A stretch of DNA of 63,518 nucleotides, counting the filler, from Sphacelaria rigidula (lineage: Eukaryota): assembly GCA_964200075.2 (NCBI GenBank). It is 11 parts of 11 records of this genome, joined end to end, with 100 filler letters (N's around TTAATTAATTAA, not from the genome) between each part and the next. Parts side by side here need not be neighbours in the genome. Positions count along the whole stretch, not along the records: positions 23,137 to 28,820 come from CAXNAA020025276.1; positions 28,921 to 34,603 come from CAXNAA020025277.1; positions 34,704 to 40,386 come from CAXNAA020025278.1; 8 more parts are not named here. One strand, 5' to 3'. The notes under the pieces are model-generated. The model worked only from the letters and a program-made list of their open reading frames with translations. It ran no database searches and was not told the DNA's origin. This document shows positions 26,895 through 40,156 of this stretch, piece by piece. The first letter of the stretch is position 1. Each line of letters opens with the position of its first letter. The position numbers and the translations under genes were made by a program.

Positions 26895-27220
26895 TTTTTT
26901 CCACAACGAGCAATGACTCGCGTGCTCGCCCTATTAGTTTTTTTCCACGACGAGCAATGACTCGAGTGCTCGCCCCATCAATGTTTTCGCCAATGAGTAA
27001 TGACTCGAGTGCTCGCCCTATTAATTTTTGCCACAACGAGCAGTGACTCGAGTGCTCGAGTCAGTATTTTTTTTTACACAACGAGCCATGACTCGAGTGC
27101 TCGCCCCATTAATGTTATCGCCAACGAGCAATGACTCGAGTGCTCGCCCTATTAATTTTTGCCACAACGAGCAATGACTCGAGTGCTCGCTCTTTTCATT
27201 TTTACGGCCAACGAGCAGCC
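26895..27220 (+). repeat. Continuation of the minisatellite, about 8 units
   Basis: Same consensus as 25259-25721. Confidence 0.95.
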
Positions 27221-27859
27221 CAACGAGTGCGAGTGCCACGAGTCACACTCGCGCTCGTCCGACGTATGGAAGTTTGCCCGAAAAAACTGGGACCCCGGAA
27301 AAACGGTGAAAAAATTTAAAAAGTAAAAAAAAAAACTCGTCCATACAAAGTTGCGTAATGACCCGTAGAACACCTGTGAAAAATTTCAGGGTCCAACTCC
27401 TCGAAACGGCGTGAAGTTTTGCCAATGAGTGTTTTTGGGGGGTTTTCCGTGAACCAGCCTGAAAAAAAATTGAACAAAACATTGACGTCTTCAAGCCCGG
27501 GTAGAACGTTGAGAACGTTCAGCGATCAATCGACATTTGTTCCGTATGTAGAATCTAGTACAAAAAGTGAAAGCCTACAATATACCAGGTATGTATGACG
27601 CCCCGTACAAGAGGGTGGAGTGGTTCATCACCTTTCTGCGGAGCACATGGCCGTCTTTACGACTGCTCTGCTGGTATCGCCGTCGACCGTCATCGCCTGC
27701 CGTCCCATGATGGAAAAAAACACACACACAAAACACGTTTTTCGCAAGGAAAACGCACGAACAGATGAGCACACACGCCACGCGCGAGAGAAAAAGAAAG
27801 AGCGAGCACGGGGCAGACAAACGAACCAAGGGAAGCAGGACGCTCGTCACTGATGAAAT

Positions 27860-28050
27860 GTGCGTGTGTGTGTATGTGTGTGTAATCAGCCCATCTATTT
27901 TGGACGCCAGTTTATACCTTTCGGTATGTGTGGGCGCATCAGTCGGGGTCACGCAGAAGGAAGGTCAACACAAACGATTCTTATTTATCATCTTGTTTTT
28001 GCATTCCACATTCCTTCTGCGGTGCTTGCCTTACTAGTCATCGAGGACTT
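27860..28050 (-). mobile_element. SINE C 3' fragment
   Basis: (GT)n followed by ccatctattttggacgccag...gggtcacgcagaaggaaggtcaacac...ccttctgcggtgcttgcctt. Confidence 0.7.
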
Positions 28051-31000
28051 TTTTTTATGCAATACAAAGCAAAAATAAATAAAAATGTGGATTAAAGACA
28101 ACGCTCTCCCGCAGATGACAGTGCATGTCGCCAGTACTTCGTATACCACCCCCCAGGGTAATGACTCATTAGCAATATTTGTCACAATACCTTCCCCAAG
28201 AACTTTGTTGTTTTTTTATGAGGATACCAGGACATCCGTTTTAGTTCTTATAGTGCCTTTTTTTTGTCCCCCTTTTTATTATCTTCCCCGAGTTTTTTCT
28301 ATTGCCACCACGATGCGAGATTCGACCTGCTTGGCCAGCTCGAATTGAAACACTAACAGGAAAATAAAAAATAAATATACACTGCACGTTGATGATACCA
28401 GACAGATAACAGATGGGGCGATAAAAAAATACAACCACAGCGAACACAAAAGCGCGCGAACATGGATGGCGTGCGCGTTAGTTTTACCCGAAGCGCAAGG
28501 GCTCAGACCAGTACAGGGTGCCTGTCGCAGTAGTTCAGGGCAAGTCCGTCATGCCAGGGTGTAACATAAAACATGTCGACACAAGCACGTGATGGAAATA
28601 CTCACCAAAACTACCTTGAAAAAAACGAACAATTATTCAAGAATCCGCCACCAGAACATGACCTGAGCACAAAAACAAAAGCATATAACGACAAAACGAA
28701 AATTGCAGCACGACAGGAACGACAGCATGACAGCCATCGGTGCATCCTGCCCGCCCCCCCCCCCCCCCCCCCAACCCCGCCCAGCGGCCTCCCCCCCCAC
28801 ACCCCTACACAAAAACCACCNNNNNNNNNNNNNNNNNNNNNNNNNNNNNNNNNNNNNNNNNNNNTTAATTAATTAANNNNNNNNNNNNNNNNNNNNNNNN
28901 NNNNNNNNNNNNNNNNNNNNGATTGGCTGAGGCACATTTTCGTCCATAGCGCCACCGCTACGGCCTTGAACAAAAATCCGGCTATGTCACTCTCTTCGTC
29001 TCTTCATTGCGGTCAGTACGATACCATATATGTGACTATTGGGTCCGGATTGTGGAAGGCATTTGCTGATGACACAATTTTGGGTGATCACCGTGGACCA
29101 GCCTGTAATACCAGAGATTTTGGCCGGCGTTTGTGCTCCTCACGGGAATCTCTGGGCCATACCTTACCCTCACCGTGCAGTATGCCACCAAAGGTTATTT
29201 CAAAAGAAGATGAGATGGTGCGCATGAGAAGTACAGCCAGGCTTTCTCGAATCGCCAGCGAAACTCGTCACTACTGATGATCAACCAAGCAATACCGGGA
29301 TCCAGTTCAAAACGATCCTTGTCGCCGACTATTGTATGTCAACTCCTTTCATTCTCTACTGTATTCCCCCAACGCACACTGCCACAGAAACGTGTGGGTA
29401 GCGCAAGTATATTAAAGTCTCCACACGTTTTTTTTTTCGAGGACGGGACTAAACGAGATTTCTTCCGTCCCGTCAATCCCATCTTGCCATGACGAACCCT
29501 TGAATCAAGCAAGAAGCGTTAGTATCGGCATAAATGCACTTTGAATGGCCACGTCGCCCTAAACGGGTGGAAACGCTGGCCCTTTGAGTTCCCGCGGATG
29601 AACAGCTGAGAGCTGTCTGGCGCTCATGTACGAATTGGGAATAATGGCGGATCATCATGATTCTACAGAAGGACATGTGGGCAGTTGGTCAACCCCAACT
29701 CCGATGATGGACACTGTATGACGTTGGTCGTCTGTCGACGTGGCATGGGTCATCTGTAACCGCTTGGCCGTCAGCGTGGTTTGTGTCTTGAATCTTGAAT
29801 CGGTAACATTTTTCACTTGACGATGGTATGGCGGAGATGAACGTCAGATTACGTGCATCATGTGTTGAACGGATAGCATTGTCGTTCGCACAAGGGATGC
29901 GTGACACAGATGACGTGGGCAGTCTGTCCTGATGACGAGAATCATCTTGAAAGCATTGACCCCTTTTCATCTAATGTATCAGTATCGTTTTCATTTGACC
30001 AAGGTGTACATGACACGGGTGACGTGGATCCATCTGCTGATTTGTCCGCTCCGTTTGATCGCCAGATCATCTGCTGGACTGGCATCACATGCCGAGCCGG
30101 CATCAAAAACACTCAGAAAATGCCTTGATCCTTTGACCGCAAGGGCAGGTCACCTGCTGAATCGGCATCAATATTTACTTGAAAAAAAGTATTAGATTAT
30201 CCAGATGGACTACCCGCACCACGGTCGAAGGGTTTGAGTCCCAGATGGCCCACCTTGGGTGTGAACGGATATACCCTGTGACCACGAAGTAGTTTGGGGC
30301 TTTGTTGGTGAAGCAACCGGATTCAAGAACCAATGCACGAAGTGTGCATTAGCATTAAGACCTAGGTGTCGTGCGTCTTACCCCTGTCATTTTCCAAATG
30401 AAGGTGATGCCGAATTTTTCAACAAATGGTTTACCCCAGCAGTTGAACTACCAACCAATCCTTCGGCAGCTACGTGATGTAGATGAGTCATTTGAGTCCA
30501 TTCAGGGCGTGCCTTGGCATCTTTTTTCGGGATCGAAAAAGTGCGGTCGAGTTCTTTCTCAATCTGATAAGTCCACCGCATTTCTTTCCCTAGAATGTTT
30601 CAACTCGTTCTAATAACCAGTCGCGTGCGAAGGAGTAAAGGGCAATATAGCACTTGACTCATATCTTACAGACTACCACGCCAGATCCCACCCGTTTACG
30701 GAACCATGGAAACTCCACACAACTCGTTCTCAGCTACCACGTAACCCTTCAGGATGGAGCACGAGTAAGCACAGGGATAGCTACTCTGCAGTAGTTAGGT
30801 ATACTTTTTTTACTTTTTTGTCGGCGAAAACTTGAGCATCTTCTTTCATGATAGAGATCAGCGATGGAACTGCGTGGTGGGGTGGGCAACCGACTTGTGT
30901 ACTCGCTCATGGACAGTGCAGGCAGTACAAAGCTGCAGTTTGTCCGAGTTTTTTTCATGTCGCATTGTCGGCAGAGAGAACGGATAGTCCTGCGCTTTCT

Positions 31001-34000
31001 GTACCGCACGTCGCCCGCTTCTCCTTTACATTCTACTGTTGTACGGAATACACACACACTGCAGACGAGTACAGACTGTGCTGTACACAAAGGACCAAGT
31101 ATCGTTTCTCGAATTCCACTGCCTTTTTTCGATCGAAAGTTTGAAAAATCGCCTGGACCCAACTCGACAAAAATGAGCAAATTTAGCTCGTGCAAATTCC
31201 ACCGCCCCCTTTTTTCGATCGAAAAAAAACGTACGAAGACACGCCCTTACTGTTATAGACCAAAACCCTTCGACCACAGAGGGTTCTCGGATCTTGACTC
31301 TCGGGGCAACATTATACCAAAACCACCAGATAACGGGGTGCCCTGGCATTTTCCCCATCTTACTGCAGCGTGTTGAATCTGCATTATTTTGTCTCATTTC
31401 TCAAGTAAACATGGTAACCACTGACGAGGTCACCTACCCTAGCGCTCAAAGGGTTGATGATCGTGCGGCAAAAGGGTTCTCACTCCTTGTGGCCAGATTC
31501 GTCTGGAACATTTTTGTTGGCTGAGAGTGCAAGGGTCTTCCAGGGCTGGGTGTGGTTTCTGATGGGGAAGTTGTGCATGTCCCTAGGTCACCCGGAGAGT
31601 TTCCGATCTCGAAGCCAAGCAACAGGGGGCTGTCCGACTATTCGGAAGCAGTAAAACGATGTCTCATGCTTTGTTACGAATTACCTAGTGATTTCCTTCT
31701 GGCGGCAAAAAGAAGGGGCATATTTCGCAATTTTTGGGATCAAAGTTGAAATTTCTTGGCTTGAACACACGACCTCCACATCATGTTGCGTGTCAGATAT
31801 AGTTTGCGTATCTCAGCAATATGTAGCAGTAGCGGGAGGTATCCACATTTGCCGCGAGCGCACCCATAGAGGTCGCACTGCACTGTTGCGCTGCAGTTGT
31901 GAACACCACACAAGAATAGATGCTTCGATTCTGTCGAGTAATTACACCGGTAGGAGTTCTTGGCCACCACTTTCGATTCAGAAATATACCCCCAACGTCC
32001 ACCCCGTCATGCAAGCAGACGCGTTCGTGACAAGACTACACGCTATACAAGCACTATGTCACGATTCCTGCCCGGGCGATACTGTGTTGAGTAATCTTGC
32101 GGGGGCTTGCGTTCGTAAGGTTCAACGCCAAGGTAGATCATCTGTTGAAAAGGTGTGATGTTCAACTGAGATCTGATGAGAACAAGACCAGTGAAATCCA
32201 CCCTAAATCTGTAGGTGGATCGTTAACCCTCTTGCCTTTAGGGTCGTCGATGTGGGTATCAGGTCATTGTTCAGGTGAAGATATGGCCGATGCAGCAAAT
32301 GACCGGCCCAGGCGGTGAACGGATTGAGTCTACCGTAGCGATTGCCAAACCTGAGTCTGAGGGCTTGTCTCCCTTAGTCGGAAACATATGCTTCTAGGCG
32401 GAAAGACTACGCATGGTTGATGCTCGCCCAATACGCCATCAAACGCGCCTGACCACAGCACCCTACATTCCTAATAATATAGTGCTGTTGGGCTATCTCC
32501 ACGTGCGTGCATTTGATTATCATGGGGGTGTAGGGGTAATGCTTCATAGCCTCATGTGACGAGTGCACGTTTGCACCTCATTACTTTTCTGACGCGCACT
32601 GTAACATATGCCGGTACGCTACTCGTTTCCATGTTCGATTTCGGTCGTTTTCATCCTGCCTTTCGATAAATCGCGTTCAGCTTTGTTCACGTCAGGCAAC
32701 TCAGATATTTTGCTGCTGCCTTATCAGGAGTCGAGCGGTCAAAAACGTTGAAAAACCATTTGACGGCGATCTATGATAATCTGCTTCAATTTCAATTCGA
32801 AAAAATCACGCGGGTGATTCAGATAGACTACCCCGCGGTCGAGAGGCTCAGCGGCGGCTCAGGGACAGCCGGCTATTCATGAAAGCATCGCATTTTCCGA
32901 TTTCCCTTGATATTTTTCGCCGAGGCAGGAAGCCTTGAGACACGTCTAAAAACCTGACACAAGACAATGTACGGAGGAGCCCAACATGACGTGGCTGTAC
33001 TCATCGCACGGGCGGGTACATGAACCTGTGGAAAGGATTGCATTGCGCACACGGCTGACAAAAATAGTTTTGCTGTTTTCGTGCAGCCCTGACCTTCTCC
33101 ATCCCAGCCGGAGATCTTGGTGCCTGCCAGCCCTTAGGACGGTCAGCTGCGCGCCATGCAATCAGGCGCATGCATTTTTATCAGGGCTGTCCTCGCTTCA
33201 TTACCGCGGACGAAATAAAAATGAATATATCGCCCACACCTCCAGTGAGTTCCTTGTCGAGGCATGTCGAGATAACACATGAAGACAAAGCCCCAATCCG
33301 TGGGAATCGTTGGTCCGAATGGAATTTCACGAGCTCCACGTTGGGGAGTGAAATATGCCCGTGGTAATTTTGCGCGATGTACGAACGTCGGGGTAATTGC
33401 CCCGTGAAGGATTAACATGCAACGTACGTAAATGAAAATAAAAATAAAACGTAACATAGGGTTTAATCCTCGATCATCGCCTTGTCGTGTACCGGGATGT
33501 TTTGATCGAAGGTACCATTGCGCGAATTCAGTGGTTAATTTCGAGTCCTTCTTTTTAATGAAGGACAGCCTTCGCTACTATTACCGTTGGAAATAAATCT
33601 GCAGTGTTATAGTTGAAAACACCAGCCCACACCTCACTGTAGACTCCATATTGTCTTTCACTTGTTCAAGAATGAAATCAACCATCCATCCTCAAACAAT
33701 CTTTAATTTAATTAATTAATTTATATTGCTTATCAGTCCTGCGCCAAAAAATTGTCTTCCTCTGTCTAAAAAATACCATCCAACCATCCATCCTCAATCA
33801 ACCTTTATTCATTTATTTATTTATTTATTATACTATAACGACTTCCATTTTTTTCGTTTTTCCTTTAAAGGTGGGACGAAACCTCACCCAACACTTACCC
33901 CGATAGTGACAGTACAGCCTCTTGAGGTGAAGGCTGTTTCTCACGTTAGCCCTCGTCTAGGTATCTACTGTAGCACCTATGCTCACACAGCCATGGCACA

Positions 34001-34843
34001 AAATGACAGGATACGGGGGGAAAATATATGATGCGCCCACGAAATGGAAAACACAACGGCCTGAAGGGCAGGGTGTTCGTACCACAGACACGTCAGCGGA
34101 ACTAACATACACGAGAATAATCGTAGGCTACATGGTACGCGGCAGGCACTGGTGTGCGAAGTAGCAGCCGTGCATGTATTCTCCAGTGTTGGTCTTGCAC
34201 TCATGGTCCGCCTTGAAAACATTCTCTTCACACACACGCACAACATCTATAGCAAGCAGATCACAGTAAGACCTACCGAAGGAGAAAATGGCATTCCATT
34301 GGCGTTTTCACGTCAAGTATCACATCAGCAGGACTGCACGAGGGTATGTGTGTTCCATACTGCAATCAGTATGCAGGGAGAGGAAGAGTGAATAAGGTAC
34401 GCGGCGTATTATAGCGAAGGACAGGCCTTTTTCGTTCGGTTAATCCGTGTGTAGCAAACCAACCATCCATGCTTCCGAGGAAAAAACAGCCTAGTTTATG
34501 AGGAAGAAAAAAATCTCACCAATTTTACCGGTAATTCGATACCCCCCCCCCCCCCCCTCTGCTCCGTCTCGAAAGGGATGCGTGGTCAATGGTCACACGA
34601 CTANNNNNNNNNNNNNNNNNNNNNNNNNNNNNNNNNNNNNNNNNNNNTTAATTAATTAANNNNNNNNNNNNNNNNNNNNNNNNNNNNNNNNNNNNNNNNN
34701 NNNGCTTTTGAGTTGAAGCTCATTTTTTTTTCAACCCCATTTTCGAGAATCGGCTGTTATAACTATTGTGTCTAGAAAGACACGAACCATCAACATCTGA
34801 ATGAAGTCAGAATCAGAAGCAATGCGCTGGTCAACATGCAAGC

Positions 34844-34875
<32 letters not shown>

Positions 34876-36436
34876 GCTGGTGCTGGTGCTGGTGCTGGTG
34901 CTGCTGATGATGCTCATACCGCAGAAGCAGCAATGTGTACCACATGTATGACGTTGCGTTCTTTCAAATCTTCTCTCCCGTAAGCTTAAAAGGCCAGTGC
35001 TGCATGCCGCACCGCAGCGATGAAGTGGCAGAAGCAAGCCTGATCTTTGCAGAGAATGTATGTGGAATAAAACGAAGGTAGACAGGAGTATTTCGTTAAT
35101 AAGCTGCCATGAGAAGGACAAAAAGTCCTCGCGCATTTCAGCATCATGAACTCGGCAAAATTGCCAATATCATGTTCATTGCTTTGATCTATATAAGGGT
35201 TGCATCAGAACAATAACCAGTTCAATCTACTGTATGTCAATAGTACAGCTCACTATGCACCTGGTCTCCCGCCGTGTACTTGGCTTTTGCTTGCCTATGT
35301 GCAGCCTTCGCAAGGTAACTCGCGATGCCATGGCCGAGTTTTCCCGCAACGACGGTCTCGCTCCCGGAGATGACAGGAGGGAGAGAGATGGGCGGGAACG
35401 GCAGGTAGGTACTCATCTTGTGTAGCTCTTGAGCGGCGGATTCTTGTGTGTTCCGCGGTTTGTTTCTTCCGCGTTTGCTTCTTATTGGTCGTGTCAAGCG
35501 ATTTCTTGAACAAAATCCCTCCCTCGATGAGGAATAACAACGGAATTTGTATGCATTTCGTCTATGTTGGCTAATTTACTGCGCTGACAATAGTTTTCTC
35601 ATATGGCGGAGATCCGTGTTTTGCTTTGACGAGTCGTTCTCCAGTGGGTTATGGGAGACAACTGCGCTTTCCCACGAGGGTTTTCGGTCGGGTGTAGAAG
35701 GTGTACAGCAGATCAAGTACGGTCATGTCGCTCTGCATCAACTTGAGCCATGTTGTGTTTTTCCTGGTATGCAATGAAGAAGTTACGGAACCCGTCCGCT
35801 TCGGTCAGCGAAATATTTCCGAGGGCATGTCGAATTGAGTTTGAGAGTTCCGAGTTCTTGTCCTATTTCGAAGAATATTCGGCGAACTTACCGGTCTATG
35901 AACGCAAAAAAACAGGTTTACGAAACCTTTTCATGCTCACCTTTTCCTCGTTCGATATTGATATTCTTTCCATCGCCGAACCCCAGGTACTTGCAACCGT
36001 CGGGAATTTGTATAGATACCGTGGCATGCTTAAGTCACTTGTGCAAACCCCCCCACCCCTCACCTGCCTGGTCCGGCGAGAACCTGGCGTGCTCCGTTCC
36101 GGCTCTCTAGGGGCGGACCCCCGATGGGGTTGGCGTCGGTTGGCGATGACGCTATGAAACACGCCATTCATTGCGTAAGCTAGGCGAACAGGTTACCTTT
36201 TCGCGCGCTTGCGTTTTTTTTTGCGGTAACCATTATGGTCGTCGAGCTAGATCATGTTATGCGGCGTGGCAGAACCTTAACTCCGCATAATGGGGATGAT
36301 CGTACTACGTAGAGCTTACATGGTGAGAGACACCCATGAGGCAGTGTATAAGCCGTGGCTGTCTCTGGAAGTGGCGATACCAGAAAATGAAGCGACTCAT
36401 TGTAGCCTGTAATAGGTCATCCAAATGCAAAGTAAT

Positions 36437-36634
36437 CAGTACGCTTTGGGGCGAACAATCTTAGCAGGGCAGCTCACCCTTTATGCCACTCGCCGAACAC
36501 ACCACGGGGCTTCGCGATTGGTGATTGAGTGCGAGCCTGGTGTGGCGAAAACTTCGCGCGCTCCGTCCCGGCTTCATAGGGATGGGAGGTCAGTGGTCTT
36601 ATGACTATGGCATGCATGATCATGAGTACACTCC
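36437..36634 (+). mobile_element. SINE-like family A copy
   Basis: Full-length alignment to 2954-3152. Confidence 0.8.
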
Positions 36635-36656
36635 CCTGTACTATACGCGAACCCAC

Positions 36657-36791
36657 CTTCTCCACGATGCGAGTGAATAGCTCCCCTCCTGCCATAAACT
36701 CGAGCACCATGTAGTAGTAGTCCGGATCGTCGTCGTAGAATTCAACGAACCCCACCACGTTCGGGTGATCCATCTCTCGCAGAATAGCGAC
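36657..36791 (-). CDS. Exon of CaMK-group Ser/Thr kinase (subdomains III-V)
   Basis: aatag|...|gtgggt, 135 bp. VAILREMDHPNVVGFVEFYDDDPDYYYMVLEFMAGGELFTRIVEK. Confidence 0.93.
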
Positions 36792-36852
36792 CTATTGTCG
36801 TTTTTGTTTTTTAAGAACGGTGACATACGGGGAATGGGGGGAGGGGGGGGAG

Positions 36853-37058
36853 GGAGGGTATACTCATGATCATGCATGCCGTAGTCATGTGGCCATTGAC
36901 CCCGCATCCCTACAAAGCCGGCACGGAGCACGCCGGGTTTTCGACGAGCCAGGCTCGCAATCAATCACCAAGCGCGAAGCGCCGTGATGTACACGGCGAG
37001 TCGCATGAAGGGTGAACTGCATTCTGTGAGATTATTCGGTCCCAAGCCTATTGTACTA
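36853..37058 (-). mobile_element. SINE-like family A copy (inverted relative to 36437-36634)
   Basis: Reverse complement aligns over about 200 bp. A G-rich tract adjoins at 36829-36857. Confidence 0.8.
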
Positions 37059-37094
37059 ATTGTCTTGCATGCGGATGACAGTCTCGAGTGTGGG

Positions 37095-37480
37095 GTGGGG
37101 CGTACTCATTTGTTGCTTGCCTGAGTTGTTTGTCCTATACATGACCACACATCCCTTGCGAGACGGAGCACCGTTCCTACTCCCAATAGAGACACCTCCA
37201 ACATTTGGGCGCTTATTACGTTTCTTCCATACATCACACTTGAAAAAATGGCATATCCTGTCCTCTTCCTGATTCGCCGTCTTTGGTCATCTACCTTCTA
37301 GTGTAGTGATGGCTTTCTCGCTACTGTCTAATGCATCGAACGTTTTCAGCCACCTCCGTTTATTTTCCACATTTCCTCCTCTAACACGTCCGGTTCATCC
37401 TTGTATACTTCACATTCTTCGACTGTATGAGTTCTACTCTCTGTTGCTTTGTCACAGGGACAATTCTGTGCATCTTTGGA
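37095..37480 (-). mobile_element. LINE 3' fragment, same family as 8942-11295
   Basis: gtactcatttgttgcttgcc terminus. Encodes CPCDKATESRTHTVEECEVYK. Other termini at 34560-34603 (+) and 57688-57735 (-). Confidence 0.85.
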
Positions 37481-38275
37481 GGAAGGCGGCGGCGGCGGCG
37501 GCGGCGGCGGGGGGGTACAGAAAATGTTTATTGGTAACTCCTCGAGATTTTTCGAGTGAGTGGCCTGGTTCCTCCCTTCCAGTACTGATTTGCCAATATA
37601 TACCGTACGGTACAATGAACCATCTTGTCAGCGATTAACACTTTACAACACAGTGGTCGTATGTGTGGATCATAACTACAGCAGTCAAAGGGCCAATTTC
37701 TTCACGCAAAAGGAATACGTCTCCATCAAATATTACGTGTTTGATTGATTGATTGATTGTCGCACTTTAACTGACCCCCCAGGGGTCCAGCCGTGGTCTC
37801 ATGATAGACGTCCCCAACAAAAACGAAATTTAAATACGCTGTAAGGGGAAAAAAAAAGGAACAGAAAAAACGTTTGAAGTGTCATTTTCCAAGTCCTTCA
37901 CAAGTTCATCCCTGCGAGAAGACTTTTCCCGTCACACTTGCGAGCCCTTCCCTTCCTCGGGACGAGTCCGTGGTCTCAACGCACCAACCCATCTCCCGCC
38001 CAACACTCGCCCTATGTTTCGGTACCGCGGATTGGATTAGCACTCCCGCACCGCGTCAACTCTCGTCAGATAAGGGTTTTCTTCGTTACTCACGCCCTGA
38101 CGTTTTCAACGACGAAAGTCAGATACTCCGGAGTACTTGATAAAAAAAAAAGAAAAAAACGCATCAGGCGGGATTCGAACCCCCTACTCTTCCGACCTAT
38201 CCGGTTTTACTACGAGTATAGCTGTACCGTTTCAACTCGGACCATCGGGGCGCGGCGGCTCTGTACAGTACATAC

Positions 38276-38479
38276 CTCTCTAAGCAGGTCGGCAATATCT
38301 TGCTCTTGCAAGCCCCTTCGCGTCGTTCTCTTCACGGCGAACTCCTCCGATCCCGGCGGCGCCCCCCGCTTGGTGGCGCTGAACACCGTGGCGAACGCGC
38401 CCTGCCCAAGCTTTCGACCCAGTACGTAGTCCCTCTCGCAGCCCTTGAGAGACGACATAAGTACCTTCGCTGCTAGAAC
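38276..38479 (-). CDS. Exon of CaMK-group kinase (subdomains I-III)
   Basis: tttag|...|gtatgt, 204 bp. YVLGRKLGQGAFATV...FAVK...DLLRE splices in phase 0 to 36791. Confidence 0.93.
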
Positions 38480-39338
38480 CTAAACAAATTGCAACGTCAC
38501 CACCATCATCATTATCATCATGATCATCGTCCATGAGCATCACATTATCGATACCATCCTCCATCACCATCATCATCATCATCATCAGCAACAGCAGCAG
38601 CAACAGCATGGATATTGGTACCCGCACGAACAGGAAACAGCACCAACACTCACCAACAACAACAACATCAGCAAAAACCAACCATACACAAACACACGAG
38701 AAACAATTACAACCCTCACACATGAAACGATACTCGTCACACTATCCAACCCTTGCACTTCCTCGAGACGAGCCCGTAGTCCCAATAAATCATCAGCCCC
38801 CCTCTAGCCCAGGAATTACACATGTGTCTCGTCCGGTGCGCACCTAAACCCAGCAGTGAGTGAGACAACACTTCTCTCCAGATGGAAAACTCACGCGCCT
38901 CAAAACACATTTCCATCAACCACCTGGCCGCTTCCCACGTTTTTGAGCATATATTATTGCTGTCTTCAGGCACCGCATGAGTCAAGATCCACGCAATATC
39001 TTGAGTATACTCTAACACTTATCCTCAAAACTTACTCGAAATATTACGTGTTCGGGCTACCCTTCTCGCTCTGCGCATTTATTTACTAGAATAATATGCT
39101 CTCGTGCCTCAACCATTTTTCGAGCTTTTTCCTGGCCCTTCTCAATACATGTTGTCAAATCACGAGTACCTCGACTCTTCGGTGGCACCGCGCGCGTATA
39201 AAGCACTGTATAGTGCCATATTGTGCACAACATCAAACGTCTTGACCTATGTACCTCATTATCCCGATCGCTTGCACACGTTAAACAGCTCACGAGCTAC
39301 CTGAATATTACTTCTTAATAGTGTACACATCCGGATCA

Positions 39339-39792
39339 TGAGCTACGAGCTGGGCCAGCTGACAGTGATTCTTGGATGAATCCTGGCGATGCGACTGGTA
39401 ATTCGAAGAGTTAGGCGCTTAAATTTTGACATCAATCCGCGCAACATTACTGGGGGTGCAGAGGGGAAAATAAAATAAAACGGGAAGTTCGAACGAGTTG
39501 AAGTTTCGGCAAAAACAGGGAAAATACAAAATAAACTCCATGAAAAATTGATAAATATGGCTGCACCCCGACTGATGGTTGTGGGCACTCGCGTCCAGGA
39601 GATCCTCGTGAAGTTTCGGCCAAAAATGTCGCTAATTGGGCGCCGCATCGCACTTTTCGCGTGACACGGCCGCATCTCTTTAAATCCAAATGATACAGCA
39701 GACTCCGGTTGTGGAGGTCATGCGTTCGAACTCGACAAATTCTTTTTTTTTTCGTTCCGTCGCTAAGGTCATATATTGTGCAGTACGTTTTT

Positions 39793-39823
<31 letters not shown>

Positions 39824-40156
39824 CCGCGGTTCTTTTTTTCTTCATGTTTGTTTTCAGTTTACAGTTATTTTCTTCAGTNNNNNNNNNNGGGGCCCCGCCG
39901 CCCTCGGGTGGGGCGCCCCTGCGTCTTTTCTTTAAAACTAAATTTTGCGGGCGTCCCGTCGCTAAGGTCATATATTGTGCAGTACGTTTTTTTTTTTTTT
40001 TCCCATTTTTTTCTTCATTCAGCGGCGGTGCTGTGTGTCACCAGGTTGGTCTGCAGTTCACAGCGATATGCTCAAGTCGCGCCGGTTTAGGAAACCTGAG
40101 AAGTTATGATGTGGAAGGCGCATGCGGGATTTACTACTGGCCCGGCTCGTAGCTCA
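39339..40156. mobile_element. Non-autonomous TIR element, about 820 bp
   Basis: tgagctacgagctgggccag ... ctggcccggctcgtagctca. The same terminal motif recurs near 22761, 23843, 40312, 41215 and 46103. Confidence 0.65.

Larger units (their letters stand above)
25060..27422. mobile_element. Composite element: long inverted repeats enclosing a 42-44 bp minisatellite
   Basis: 25060-25215 is the reverse complement of 27255-27422. The arrays at 25259-25721 and 26895-27220 are in the same orientation. Confidence 0.75.

Noticed and set aside
25259..27220. CRISPR array
   Set aside because: Inter-repeat segments are only about 12-14 bp, T-rich and similar to each other. There are no cas genes and the context is eukaryotic. 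It is a minisatellite.
38746..39010. Additional upstream exons of the CaMK gene
   Set aside because: Open frames exist, but splice phases and homology could not be established.
39755..40010. Direct duplication gtcgctaaggtcatatattgtgcagtacgttttt
   Set aside because: It flanks a 10-N gap and long T runs, so it may be an assembly artefact.
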